A stretch of 64,000 bases of DNA from Octopus vulgaris (lineage: Eukaryota), in the NCBI GenBank assembly GCA_951406725.2, contig OX597838.1, positions 15,128,001-15,192,000 of the forward strand, given 5' to 3'. Positions 28,274 to 42,514 of the stretch are shown here, piece by piece (the stretch's first letter is position 1; each line of letters opens with the position of its first letter). The notes below the pieces were generated by a model, which saw only the letters and a program-made list of their open reading frames with translations, was not told where the DNA came from and searched no databases. Made by a program: the position numbers and the translations under genes.

Positions 28274-28302
28274 CCCTCACTCTGCTAAACAGAGTGAAGC
28301 AT

Positions 28303-28349
28303 AAGCGTGACCAGTTTCGCCGCTCATTTCCAGCTCGTCAGAAATGCTT
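28303..28349 (-). ncRNA. Minimal type I hammerhead ribozyme (intact core, weak helix I)
   Basis: Minus strand aagcattt-CTGACGA-GCTG(gaaatgag)CGGC-GAAA-CTGG-TC-acgctt, with a GUC triplet. Confidence 0.65.
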
Positions 28350-28519
28350 TTAAACGAATTTTTTTTTTCTATGAAAATGAATGAAATTCCTTATGCGATA
28401 TCAGCTGGTTTTCTTTTTCTTTTGTTTTCTTTTGTAGTGAATGAAGACTTAGGCTGATCTCGGCAGATTTAAAAACGAAATAGTAAAATGTAGCACGTTA
28501 TGACGACAATAACAACGGT

Positions 28520-28735
28520 GCTGGCAGAAACGTTAGCACGCCGGGCGAAATGCGCAGCCGTAATTCGTCTGCCGTTACCTTCTGAGTTCAAATTCCGCCG
28601 AGGTCGACTTTGCCTTTCATCCTTTCGGGGTCGATTATATAAGTACTAGTAAATCACTGGGGTCGATATATTCGACTTAATCCCCTTGTCTGTCCTCTCT
28701 ATGTTTAGCCCCCTGTGGGCAATAAAGAAATAAAT
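28520..28735 (+). mobile_element. SINE family B
   Basis: gctggcagaaacgttagcacgccggg...aataaagaaataa. Confidence 0.85.
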
Positions 28736-28750
28736 ATTTACGGTCACAGC

Positions 28751-29039
28751 CAGTAGCGTACTGGGTCTAAAAATATTGGTTGCCCAGGAGACTAAGGGGG
28801 CCCACCCGCAACCACAATGCTATCAATTATTATTATTATTTTCTTTTTTTGCTAAAAGTATTCTTTTCAATTGTCTACAAACACAACCAGCCTGAAATAA
28901 TTAATGCATTCTTTCAGGAGTGAATAAAAGATTCTCAAACTTGAGGGGATGGTTCCCTTGGGCCCCCTTAAATGAATTCTAATGGCGCAGGGGCCCACTT
29001 GCCATCGAGCAAGCTGGCAACCTAGCCAGTCCGCCACTG
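28751..29039. mobile_element. hAT-like MITE
   Basis: TIRs CAGTAGCGTACTGG / CCAGTCCGCCACTG and an imperfect 8-bp TSD gtcacagc/gtcacaaa. Confidence 0.65.
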
Positions 29040-29279
29040 GTCACAAAGATATGGCAACGTTCATATTAATAGAAATACCCATGAGAAAATGAATACGAAA
29101 CATGAAAAACTTCAAACATTCTGATATGGTTGTTGGTTTGTTATGTGTAAGCGAGAGATGTGTATATATAGAGAGGGGGAGTGCGCATGCGTGTGTGAAA
29201 GAGAGAGGGTGTGTGTGTGTATGTGTGTGTGCCAGAATATATACAATTTTGTAAGAACGGTATTTTCATATTAGCTTCA

Positions 29280-29990
29280 AATTTTAGCACAGGGCCAACA
29301 AATACGAGGGAGGTGGGTAAGTCGATTACATTGACCCCACAGTTCAATAGGTGCTGATTTTATCGATTTCGAGAGGATGAAAGGCAAAGTCGACCTCGGC
29401 GGAATTTGAACTTAGAACGTAATAGACGGGCGAAATGCCGCTAAGCATTTTACTCGGCGTGCTAACGATTCTGCCAGCTCACCACCACCTTACGTTCTTC
29501 TCATATTAAGTCTACATGTCTCTATGCGAGTATGTCCCTTTCAGTCTCCAGCCGAGCACATACGTATCTATAATGAGAACGTACCTATTTTTATATTGCC
29601 CACAGGGGGCTAAACATAGAGTGGACAAACAAGGGATTAAGTCGATTATATCGACCCCAATGCGTAACTGGTACTTATTCAATCGACCCCGAAAGGATGA
29701 AAGGCAAAGTCGACATCGGCGGAATTTTAACTCAGAAGGTAAAGACATGCGAAATACTTATTTCCTTACTACCCTCAATGGGCTAAACACAGAGAGGACA
29801 AACACGGACAGACAACCGGATTAAGTCGATTAAATCGACCCCAGTGCGTAACTGGTACTTATTTAATCGACCCCGAAAGGATGAAAGGCAAAGTCGACCT
29901 CGGTGGAATTTGAACTCAGAACGTAGCGGCAGACGAAATACTGCTTAGCATTTTGCTCGACGTGCTAACGATTCTGCCAGCTCACCACCA
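29280..29990 (-). mobile_element. Cluster of SINE B copies
   Basis: Three reverse-strand bodies containing gaaaggcaaagtcgac(c/a)tcgg. Confidence 0.8.
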
Positions 29991-30147
29991 CCTGACGTTC
30001 TTCTCATATTGAGTATACATGTCTGTATGCGAGTATGCCCTTTTCAGTCTCCAGCCGAGCACATACGTATCTATAATGAGAACATACCGCCCATACTTTG
30101 TAGTAAGAGACTATCAGAGGGAATGAGAGTTTGTATGAAATTTTGTC

Positions 30148-30422
30148 GGCATTCCTTCGATATAACTCGACAAAATCAAAACATTTCGCTTCGGGTATTT
30201 CCGTGGGTTGTGGAGTAACAGATATGACGAAATTATGCCTGCAATGTCTCATTTTAAACTTGAAGAAAAAAAAGCCTTGCATATTTGTTCTTACCTGTTT
30301 CATGTGTGTATGTAAAATCCGCAAATTTCCAAGAAGAAAACAGAATCGAACTGTCAGTTACTTCCACGGAAATACCCGAAGTGAACTGTTTTGATTTTGT
30401 TGAGTTATATCGAAAGAATGCC
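30148..30422. mobile_element. MITE with about 60-bp TIRs, GG...CC ends and 8-bp TSD (Merlin-like)
   Basis: ggcattccttcgatataactcgacaaaatcaaaaca...ccgtgg versus its reverse complement at 30364-30422. TSD attttgtc at 30140-30147 and 30423-30430. Confidence 0.8.
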
Positions 30423-30716
30423 ATTTTGTCTTTTACCGCCGCGCGGTTCATCATAAGGTTGTGCCGTTCTGTTTCAATTTAGATGAGCTTTTTATAAAGG
30501 AGAGTTTGCTCAAAATGGCATGGCTGCAAAAGGGAGTTACTTTTGAATGAAAAGGTTTTATAGGTAAGGAAGTCGTAACCATCAATTCGTTCGTGTAAAC
30601 GAAGTTTCATGAAACTCGTTAATGAAGTTGAGACAAAATACCAACTATTCTGCTTGAAGTTTTTGTTCCAAATCTGTCAGGACAGACACCCCAAATTATG
30701 TAGGAGCTGGAAGATG

Positions 30717-31049
30717 GGTACTTGTATCGCAGAGTGGTCCCGGTAAGGCGGCGAGCTGGCAGAAACGTTAGCACGCCGGGCGAAATGCGTAGCCGTATTT
30801 TCGTCTGTCGTTACGCTGTGAGTTAAAATTCCGCCGAGGTCGACTTTGCCTTTCATCCTTTCGGGGTCGATAAATTAAGTACCAGTTACGCACTGGGGTC
30901 GATGGATTCGACTTAATATCTGTGTCTGTCCTTGTTTGTCCCATCTATGTTTAGCCCTTTGTGGGTAATAAAGAAATAAGTTTGCGCACACACGCAGACG
31001 CGCGTCTGCGCGTGTGCGCAAACCGGGACCACTCTGCGATACAAGTACC
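30717..31049. mobile_element. Fully palindromic MITE of about 96 bp (GGTAC...GTACC, 9-bp TSD) with a SINE B inserted at about 30745-30979
   Basis: TSD tggaagatg at 30708-30716 and 31050-31058. Removing the SINE restores a palindrome centred at 31001/31002. Confidence 0.85.
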
Positions 31050-31199
31050 TGGAAGATGATTATTGCTATTTGGATAAAGCAATATCAGAGACATGTTATC
31101 GAAGTTGGTGACGTTGATGAACGGAGCTGTTCCGCTAAAACTTCATCTCAGATTTAGGGCGCGTAGCTATTAATGAAAATGGGATGAATAGCAGGCACT

Positions 31200-31690
31200 G
31201 TTTGAGCTTATTTACTAGAAATAGCACCCAAATACTTACTCAGATCATACCCTAACGCCTTCCAAGATAAAACAGTTATGGATATGCGATATCTTAAACA
31301 AAGAATGATCGCGATTTGAACGCATTTGACCATTCATAGCTGTGTTCAATAAAGGCTGACCTGGGAGTTAACAATATCCTTACATCAAGCCACGCCACGA
31401 TGGAGTCTCTATGTGGACGCCCAAATTGTTAGAAATAGCAGTCACGTTTTCATCAGATTACACTATCTTTTTTTTAGAAAGAGAGAGAGAGTGGTATAAG
31501 ATTATGTGGTCTTTGATATAAATTAAGGAATAGTCATGGATGGACTACCTATAATCATAGGTTTGCTGTTTCAGAGTTGACCTGGGGCGAAACAAAAATA
31601 AGTCACATTAGATAACGCAGTCCTAGATATGTTTTGTCTGATTAAAGGTGTAACAGGATCAGGTTAAACAACAACAACAACAACAACAAA
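31200..31690 (+). mobile_element. Old dispersed repeat family G (agaaatagcagccaaa...ggctggaatg...gctgacctggggctaaacaacaac), tandem degenerate copies
   Basis: The same motifs recur at about 38040-38400, 45190-45280 (-), 48380-48720 (-), 52785-52925, 59810-59920 and 60780-60950. Confidence 0.55.
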
Positions 31691-31872
31691 AACAACAACA
31701 GTAACAACAACAGCAGCAAAAATTCTGTAGCTTGTCTCGAGTATTTATTTAGATCAGGAAGGAGAATTTATATTCTTTGGTTGAGTTCCTTAAATAAACA
31801 CCTTGGTGGAAAATAGGGACAGAGGCTGTTCTGTTACAGAAACAGTGTTTGACAATGTTCCTCTGTGTGTGC

Positions 31873-31935
<63 letters not shown>

Positions 31936-32189
31936 TTTATGTTTGTATTGGGGGAACTCTGTTCAAAAAGGTACGTTTTGTATACATCTGTGTGTGTGTG
32001 TGTATGTATCAATGTGTGTACTTCTGTATGTATGTGTGCATATATGTATGTGTGTGCATGTGTATGTCTGTACTTCTGTACGTATGTGTGCAGATGTGTG
32101 CGTGTGTATGTGTGTGTGTATACATGTATGTGTGTGTACGTTTGTATTAGGGAAACACTGTTCAAGAAGGTGCCTTTTGTATACACATG

Positions 32190-32670
32190 TGTGTGTATGT
32201 ATGTATGTATGTATGTATGTATGTATGTGTGTGTGTATGTATGTATGTATGTATGTATGTATGTATGTATGTATGTGTGTATCTATGTATGTGTGTATGT
32301 ATGTATGTATGTATGTATGTATGTATGTATGTATGTATGTATGTATCTATGTATGTGTGTATGTATGTATGTATGTATGTATGTATGTATGTATGTATGT
32401 ATGTATGTATGTGTGTATCTATGTATGTGTGTATGTATGTATGTATGTATGTATGTATGTATGCATGTATGTATGTATCTATGTATGTATGTGTATGTAT
32501 GTATGTATGTATGTGTGTATGTGTGTGTATGTATGTATGTATGTATGTATGTATGTATGTATGTATGTGTATGTATGTATGTATGTATGTATGTATGTAT
32601 GTATGTATGTATGTATGTATGTATGTATGTATCTATGTATGTGTGTATGTATGTATGTGTGTATGTATGT
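32190..32670. repeat. (GTAT)n microsatellite
   Basis: Direct reading. Confidence 0.95.
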
Positions 32671-32715
32671 AAGAGAAGAAAGACAGTAAAGAGATGAAGA
32701 GTGTGCGCATGTATA

Positions 32716-33399
<684 letters not shown>

Positions 33400-33542
33400 G
33401 ATATATATATATATCAGCCGAAATTACTACGATGATCCGGTTCTTGACTGAAGACTGAGGGTTTTGAATGTCCTGTCCGTGTTTATTGTATCGTCTTCTA
33501 AGAGTTATACATTCTTGTCCATGTTGTATTTTTCTACATACC

Positions 33543-33617
<75 letters not shown>

Positions 33618-34594
33618 GCACTCCAGAGAAGAAGTGGGAGATGAAACCTGCTGAAGGCGAGGTTATGAGAAAGAAGAATGGGGGCGGAGAGAAGAATGTT
33701 TTCAAAGTAACAGTTGTGTACACGTTTTGTCTACTTCGAGAACAAGCTGCAGACGAAGACAGGCGTAGCTATAAAGGACTTGTTGATCAGACACATAGAC
33801 TTATAAATACAAAATGTGTGTGTGTGTGTGTGTGAACACATATTTTACGTGTGGGGAAACTTTAAGAGGAAGTCGACAAATGTTTGTTTTTTTAAATATA
33901 AATAATAGACAAATGCAATGAGCGTTCTTTTCTTTGGTTTGTACACATATAATACATGTGCAGAAACAAAGAGAAGTCGAGATATATAGAGACAAATGTG
34001 TGTATCTATGGATACGAATATATGTGTATATTTATAGGTTGACTATACAGGTATAGATATATATAAAGGTTTAATTACACACACACAGACTATGTATATA
34101 TATATATATATATGCATATATTAGAAGACATGAGGTACTCAGAAGATCGGATGTTTTATATTTACAGATATTTATTTATATATTACATTTTTTATATATA
34201 TATATATATCATATCACTTAGATCATCAGCGCTTTCTCCCATTCTAGTGGGGTTTTCAGATCAAACTAAGTTCCTGTGTGGGGAATTTTATAGAGTTTCG
34301 TAGTGGTGGGGAGGAATATAAGACAGTACAAGAGGATGATGGATGATATATATGCATATATATATATATATACACGCGCGTGAGTATATACATAAACACA
34401 GTGAACGTACCCCAAGCATATTTAAACTGGTAACAACCTCGCATTTATAGACATTACTGCTTAGCGCTGATATATATATATATACATATACTGGAGTAAA
34501 CACATAAATTTGAAACAAGGTGGAAAAAAGAGTACTCAAATACCAGCGGTAGAGTAATATGCTTCATTTAAAGCAGCAGAAAATTCAACAAAAC

Positions 34595-34632
34595 CTGTTA
34601 CTCTGAGTTTCCCGTTGCCGTTCATCGGACAG
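34595..34632 (-). ncRNA. Variant minimal hammerhead ribozyme (CCGAUGA core)
   Basis: Minus strand CTGT-CCGATGA-aCG(gcaa)CGg-GAAA-CTC(a)GAG-TA-ACAG, in an element between (TA)n runs. Confidence 0.6.
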
Positions 34633-34706
34633 TTTTATATATATATATATATTCGGTGCGAATGGTTTTTTATACGGCGCCGTTTTTACAATCCTGTAAA
34701 TAATAA

Positions 34707-34902
34707 TAATGGTATATTAATTAATATAAGCTTAAAGCTTATGGCAATCGCCGTACAATGACTAAAGAAAATAGTCTTAATAAAGGGACATATATGCCCT
34801 TATTTTTTCTGTCGAGGGAATATATACCCCTTTATTAGACTATTTTCTTAGTCATTGCATGGTGATCACCATAAGCTTTAAGCTTATATAAATATACCAT
34901 TA
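34707..34902. repeat. Imperfect fold-back (about 90-bp arms) between TA runs
   Basis: tataagcttaaagcttatgg...aatgactaaagaaaatagtc versus gactattttcttagtcatt...ccataagctttaagcttata. Confidence 0.75.
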
Positions 34903-34934
34903 ATATATACATATAAATATGTGTATGCATGTAT

Positions 34935-35285
34935 ATATATATATATATATAATATGTGGTACCCAACTTTGGCAGACTCCACTGCATAGTACCTGTGAGC
35001 CCGTCCCCGCCGTCCGTAGTACCAGTTTGGGGTAGAAAGGCTTGCAACTTCTTTTGATACGTCGCCAAAAGGCCTTAGAATGTCTTCGAGGTGCTGATGA
35101 GGAACAATTAGACAATACTAAATGAACCTAGATCGCGGTTAGAAATGCAAAGAGGAGCAGCTCTGTCCAACTCACTACTTCAGCCGATTCCGGAGACAAA
35201 GCTAGGAAATTAGTCTTACATATGCAAGCATTGACGCCAACGGGTTATTGGCGGTGCCCCAGCACGGCCGCAACCTCAGGAATAA
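34935..35285 (+). mobile_element. Degenerate CR1-group LINE 3' fragment
   Basis: Translates SLG*KGLQL...EPRSRLEMQRGAALSNSLLQ, similar to the LINE at 22812, and ends ggcggtgccccagcacggccgca. Confidence 0.6.
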
Positions 35286-35369
35286 TAGAGTAGATATATA
35301 GAATGCAACACAGTAAATGCGTGATATAAATACGCGTGCACGCACACAAACATATACATACATACACAC

Positions 35370-35435
<66 letters not shown>

Positions 35436-35878
35436 TTTATATAATTAGGGCTCAGCAAAAACAAATTTACTTTACCACACACCGAACTTTTAGAAATAGC
35501 AGCCAAAGAACTTACCTATTTCTCCTGCTGAACCCTAATTATATAAAGTAATGTTTAAATATACCGTAAATGGTCCCTTTACATACTGAACACTGCTTGG
35601 TAAAATTATTAATTACTAATTAATTAATTTTACCCTTATTATTATTGACTATATATACATATACATACATATATATGCTTGTGTGTGTGTGTGTGTGGAT
35701 GTGTGTGTGTGTGTGTGTCGTTTGTAGAAAACATAAATCCGAAAAAAGAGGCGCACTCTAAGATGTATTATTGAAGAGGTCATAGGTCAACAGGATTTTG
35801 GGACCAGACGACACGCTATGAAGCTAAACCCTTTATGGTCGAGAAACCCAAGGTAATCCCATAAACCGGCCTTCCACA

Positions 35879-35909
<31 letters not shown>

Positions 35910-35971
35910 AATGTGGAAGGTCGGTTTATGGGATTACCTTAAGTTTCTCGTCCACAAAGGGTTTATATATA

Positions 35972-36302
35972 GGCGCAGGAGTGGCTGTGTGGTAAGTAGC
36001 TTGCTAACCAACCACATGGTTCCGGGTTCAGTCCCACTGCGTGGCATCTTGGGCAAGTGTCTTCTGCTATAGCCCCGGGCCGACCAATGCCTTGTGAGTG
36101 GATTTGGTAGACGGAAACTGAAAGAAGTCTGTCATATATATATATATGTGTGTGTTTGTCCCCCTAGCATTAGCGGTTCGGCAAAACAGACCGATAGAAT
36201 AAGTACTGGGCTAACAAAGAATAAGTCCCGGGGTCGATTTGCTCGACTAAAGGCGGTGCTCCAGCATGGCCGCAGTCAAATGACTGAAACAAGTAAAAGA
36301 GT
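35972..36302 (+). mobile_element. SINE family A (internal deletion)
   Basis: ggcgcaggagtggctgtgtgg to aagtaaaagag. Confidence 0.9.
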
Positions 36303-37394
36303 ATATATATAATGTATGTATGTAGAAAAAGAGATGAGATTTATTGAAAGAGAGGAAGAATGTATGACTGTAAACGTGCGGGTGAGTGAGTGAGTGAGTG
36401 AGTGTGACTGAATGTGAGTGAGTGAGTGGAGTGAGTGAAGAATCATTGTTTATAATGTTAACTTCGCCGCGACACAGGGCGGAGGATGAGTTCATTAGTG
36501 AAACAGGTGAGGAGAGACAGACGAAGGACGGAACGTCAGGAGAGAAGCAAATGACAGATTAACTAAAAGGAAGAAAAAATAAAACCCCCACCTAGGAAGA
36601 TATGGAAGGAATGTCTGAACTAAAAGACATAACAAAGCTATCAGCTGAGAATTACTCATATGGAAACTTTAACTCGGGACATACAATGCCTATTATTCTG
36701 GTTTTAAGTCACATCCACTCTTGAACAGCACAAGTTATTTTTTTTATATATATATACAACATATAGAAAGTATTGTCAGACAAGGTTCTTTTCCTTTGTG
36801 TATTTTTTCCTATTCTTTTCCTTTTTGCCGTTGTACAACTGACATTTTTTACATGTTGCCAGAGTGACTAAGGATTGATTGATCCAGGTTTCTTTCGTTT
36901 GGTTATCGCTCTATGTGTCTTTCCTATCAAATAATTCCATCTTACGAAATAAAATCTTCGTATAAGCGCAGTACTAAGAAGACCCGTTGTTGTCGTCGTT
37001 GTCGGCAGTGGTGGCGGGAAAATAAAGCTGTTTAAGGTAAGGCTATCAACATCATCTCTCTTTACCTCTGCATTATAATCATTTTCTTAACCTATTAACC
37101 TTGAGTAGATTGTCTTTATTTCTCCTCTTCTCTCTCTCTCTATATCTATCTGTTTATCTATCTGTCTATCAATATATCTACCTTTTATTTTCTCTTTTTA
37201 GCTTTCTCTTTCTCTCACACACTTTCCTTTTCTCTGTCACGTGTCCGTTTTTTTTTTTAGCCATTGTTCTATCTGTCTATCTATTTACTTTGCTAATGAC
37301 CACGGTGTTTACATGTTCACACGACACGCGAACATAAATTAAACCATACACTTACACACGCACATTCACACATACCTGTGTGTGTGCATATATA

Positions 37395-37801
37395 TCTTTA
37401 TATATAAAAGTAAAGTTGTGTGCTGTCTGTCTCCTACGATTTAGATTCCTAACTACTCCCACATTTTGCGGTGCAGTTTAACCAAAACCGGGTATCTTAT
37501 AGTCGTGATTCATATCGAGCCCTTCTGGGTATTAGCGCGCGTCTACGATGAGTCTACGATTTTTAAAATAATTTACCATCATTTTTTTCCATTTTAATGT
37601 ATTTTTTTCTATTTTAATGCATTTTTTCGCTATTATATATGGGAAGTAACTCTCTAAAAATGTCTACGATGAGTCAACGATTTTTAAAAATAATTTACCA
37701 TCATTTTTTTTTCCATTTTTAATGCATTTTTTTGCTATTTTTTGGCTATAACTCTCTAAAAATGTTTTACAAATCCGAGCAACGCCGGGCGATACTGCTA
37801 G
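37395..37801 (+). mobile_element. Non-autonomous Helitron
   Basis: A|TC start (TCTTTATATATAAAAG), GC-rich subterminal hairpin ccgagcaacgccggg, CTAG|T end, no TSD, and an internal direct duplication. Confidence 0.85.
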
Positions 37802-38716
37802 TATATATATATATAACATACACTCACTCATACACGCATAGAAAGCTTACATCAGATAGACAGGCGTGCACATAAACAAATTCAGGTTAGCAGAGATACA
37901 GCAACACGCACACATACACACACACATGGATGCGGAATGATGTATTATTTTCAATTCTGTTGCCATGACAACGTTGCCAGTTCTTGTTATGGAGCAGATT
38001 CAATCTGCCTTTTTCACTGAATAATTATAAAGTAATAATTATGATGGTCACAGCTGGAATGCCTATGATCTTAGAGATCTTGCTTTGATAGTCGGAGCTG
38101 ACCTGGAGTTAAACACTGACAAGGGAGTGACACCTAAAAACGTTGTTTATGCTACCTGTCAGTGAGGGACCTCTACGTGGTCACTTGACCTACAAGAAGT
38201 AGCAGTTAACTATCCTCAAATTACAATGTTTAAATATACCTGTTGAATCAGGTTTAAAATGTAAGGTCCTTTTATTTACCATATTAACTGATCTAGAGTT
38301 AAAAAAAACAAACAATAACTGAGGTTTTTATTGGACACTCGACCGTCCAGAAATAGCAGCAATTACTTCCTCATCGCAAACTATCGCCTTTCAAATTTGA
38401 CTCCAAGTGTACGAAGTCCTAAGACCAACCGTTTTCTAACTTCTTTTTTTAAATCTCTGTGCGAACTTTAGAACAAATAAACATTTTTTAATATTTTTGT
38501 GTACTTTGTAGATTTAGTATAAAAGTATTTACACACGCGCTCGCTCTCACATATAGTAATAATTTTATATATTCGGTTATGCACTTTGCCAGTATGCTGT
38601 TTAAAGCCTGTCTGCAATGTTCGGTTACCAGATGTCAACAGCTGTAAGGAGGTATGTGCCATGGATATAGTTCAGGAATTTCTTTTGTATCCATAGTTTT
38701 TATAAAATATGTTGTA

Positions 38717-39100
38717 GCAGGAGTGGCTGTGTGGTAAGTAGCTTGTTTACCAACCACATGGTTCCGGGTTCAGTCCCACTGCGTGGGACCTTGGGCAAGT
38801 CTCTTCTACTATAGCCTCGGGCCGACCAAAGCCTTGTGAGTGGATTTGGTAGACGGAAACTGAAAGAAGCCTGTCGTATATATGTATATATATATATGTG
38901 TTTGTGTGTCTGTGTTTGTCCCCCAAGCATTGCTTGACAACCGATGCTGGTGTGTTTATGTCCCCGTCACTTAGCGGTTCGGCAAAAGAGACCGATAGAA
39001 TAAGTACTGGGCTTACAAAGAATAAGTCCCGGGGTCGAGTTGCTCGATTAAAGGCGGTGCTCCAGCATGGCCGCAGTCAAATTACTGAAACAAGAGAGTA
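38717..39100 (+). mobile_element. SINE family A, full length
   Basis: Complete head, body, microsatellite and tail. Confidence 0.9.
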
Positions 39101-39271
39101 ACAGAAATAAGCGAAACAACAAGTAAAATAAAACGAGGTGCTTATTTGAAAAGTCACCAGGGGAGACGCATCTGCACCTATAATGCATGACAATTGATTG
39201 CCCTGCATTTCACCGGCAAGGTTCGAGTCTATGATGTGTCGAAACCACCGTACTGTTTTTGAATATAGAGT

Positions 39272-39428
39272 CAGGGGCGAACCCTATGAAGGCGGTCCTG
39301 GCGGGGGGCACGCGCCCTCCTCAAGAAGTGTACCCTTCTAAATAATATTAGTACGCCTTTTTCTCCTGGAATTGTATTCCCTTCTGACCTTGTGCCTTCC
39401 CTTGGAAAAATTCCTGGGACCGCGCCTG
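39272..39428. mobile_element. Small MITE
   Basis: CAGGGGCGAACCC / GGGACCGCGCCTG termini with agagt on both flanks. Confidence 0.5.
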
Positions 39429-39474
39429 AGAGTCTTGTGAATTCCATTTTCTCTCTCTCGTCTGTGTGTGTGTG

Positions 39475-39536
<62 letters not shown>

Positions 39537-39629
39537 AATAAAAATTTATATATAAAGAGACGAACACAGAAAACAGACAGGTCATTCGAAGCCTTTAATC
39601 TTCAGTCAGAAACCGGATACATATATGTA

Positions 39630-40372
<743 letters not shown>

Positions 40373-40451
40373 GGCGGTGCCCCACCATGGCCACAGCTCA
40401 AAAGCTGAAACTGGAAAACATAAAAAATATATATATATGTATGTATGTATG

Positions 40452-40506
<55 letters not shown>

Positions 40507-40950
40507 TCTTTTACTTGTTTCAGTCATTTGACTGCGGCCATGCAGGAGCACCGCCTTTAGTCAGGCGTATCTCAACTTACGTTGTTTCGAGTTTTGTCTT
40601 ATGCTAGCCTATAAATATAATAATTTCAGAATTTTTTTTTTAAATTCACTATTTTCCGTTTTACGACCACAAAATGCAGTTAGAAAGTTATCGCAAGCTA
40701 TTAGTATTTGAAAAATGTTTCAAACTAATCATTTTGAATTAAAGTTTGACAATCTATTTTCGTGACAAAATTGAATCCGAAGAAATTTTTGACATAAAAT
40801 AAAAAAATCAAAAGGGTGGAGTTATCTAATTAACACAACCCACCTGTGCGTTGGCGATTATCCACTTTCAGTTTATTGTCATAAAGTAAAAGAACGCCTT
40901 TTATTCAATAAATGGAACATAACAATCAGTACAGGTTATTTTATCCTGTA

Positions 40951-41030
40951 CAGTAAACGCTCGACTATCGCGGGTTTTACGTTCCAAAGCACCCCGCGAT
41001 AGGTGAAAATCCGCGAAGTAGAAGCAGTGC
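40951..41030 (+). mobile_element. pogo/Tigger-like MITE left end
   Basis: TA-CAGTAAACGCTCG...tatcgcggg...cccgcgata internal palindrome. Confidence 0.5.
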
Positions 41031-41034
41031 TGTA

Positions 41035-41500
41035 TTCTTTTACTCTTTTATTTGTTTCAGTCATTTGACTGCGGCCATGCTGGAGCACCGCCTTTAGTGC
41101 TGTATTCTTTTACTCTTTTATTTGTTTCAGTCATTTGACTGCGGCCATGCTGGAGCACCGCCTTTAGTCGAGCAAATCGACCCCGGGACTTATTCTTTGT
41201 AAGTCCAGTGCTTATTCTATCGGTCTCTTTTGCCGAACCGCTAATTGACGGGGACGTAAACACACCAGTCTTGGTTGTCAAGCGATGACGGATGGGGACA
41301 AACACAGAACTGGTGTTGGTGTGTTTATGTCCCCATAACTTAGCAATGTGGCAAAAGAAAGCAATAAAATAAGTACCAGGCTTTGAAAAATATAAGTGCT
41401 GGGGGTCGATTCATTCAACTGAAACATTCTTCAAGGAGATACCCCCCCCCCAGCATGGCTGCAGTCTAATGACTGAAACAAGTAAAAGATAGAAGATAAA
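41035..41500. mobile_element. SINE A 3' halves in divergent orientation, with a duplicated 70-bp tail
   Basis: Reverse tail twice at 41035-41170, reverse body to 41306, forward tail at 41310-41500. Confidence 0.75.
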
Positions 41501-41631
41501 AGATGTGTGTGTGTGTGTGTGTGTGTTTTTGATCAATAAGTATCTGGGCTGCTGCCATAGTAACGAAGCTAAAGCACGCAGAGTAAAGCTGCTTGGCACA
41601 GATTGGCGTACTTAGTTTAACAGTCTAGCTC

Positions 41632-41702
<71 letters not shown>

Positions 41703-41704
41703 TA

Positions 41705-42114
41705 GGCGCAGGAGTGGCTGTGTGGTAAGTAGCTTGCTTACCAACCACATGGTTCCGGGTTCAGTCCCACTGCGTGGCATCTTGGGCAAGTGTCTTCTGC
41801 TATAGCCCCGGGCCGACCAATGCCTTGTGAGTGGATTTGGTAGACAGAAACTGAAAGAAGCCTGTCGTATATATGTATATATATATATGTGTGTGTGTAT
41901 ATGTTTGTGTGTCTGTGTTTGTCCCCCTAGCATTGCTTGACAACCGATGCTGGTGTGTTTACATCCCCGTCACTTAGCGATTTGGCAAAAGAGACCGATA
42001 GAATAAGTACTGGGCTTACAAAGAATAAGTCCCGGGGTTGATTTGCTCGACTAAAAGCGGTGCTCCAGCATGGCCGCAGTCAAATGACTGAAACAAGTAA
42101 AAGAGTAAAGAGTA
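41705..42114 (+). mobile_element. SINE family A, full length
   Basis: Complete element. Confidence 0.9.
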
Positions 42115-42514
42115 ATATACATACACAAGCACACACATATATACACACACGCACACACAGATATATATACACACAAACAAATATATATTCATTTCCTCTC
42201 CCTTCCAGTCATTCATCCTTTCTCAACAAACCTAATTGCCATTCAATGTTTAAAAAAAATCTTATGTTTTTATACTGAAATATTATAAGGAATTCTATTT
42301 AAAAAATGGTTAGAATTATTTTGTGTAGTGTTGTAGTATAATCAATTTATTGCGCATAGATTTTAACAAGATCTTAAATGGACCCCAGTTGAGAAACACT
42401 GATCCAGGGCATCTAGTGCTGAGTTAGGGAGTCAATTGTAAGAACAATTTTTGTTGAGCAAGTATAGAAACAGTCATCGATGCTCTTCCTGTTGGTAACC
42501 CTTACCTGTTTTTC

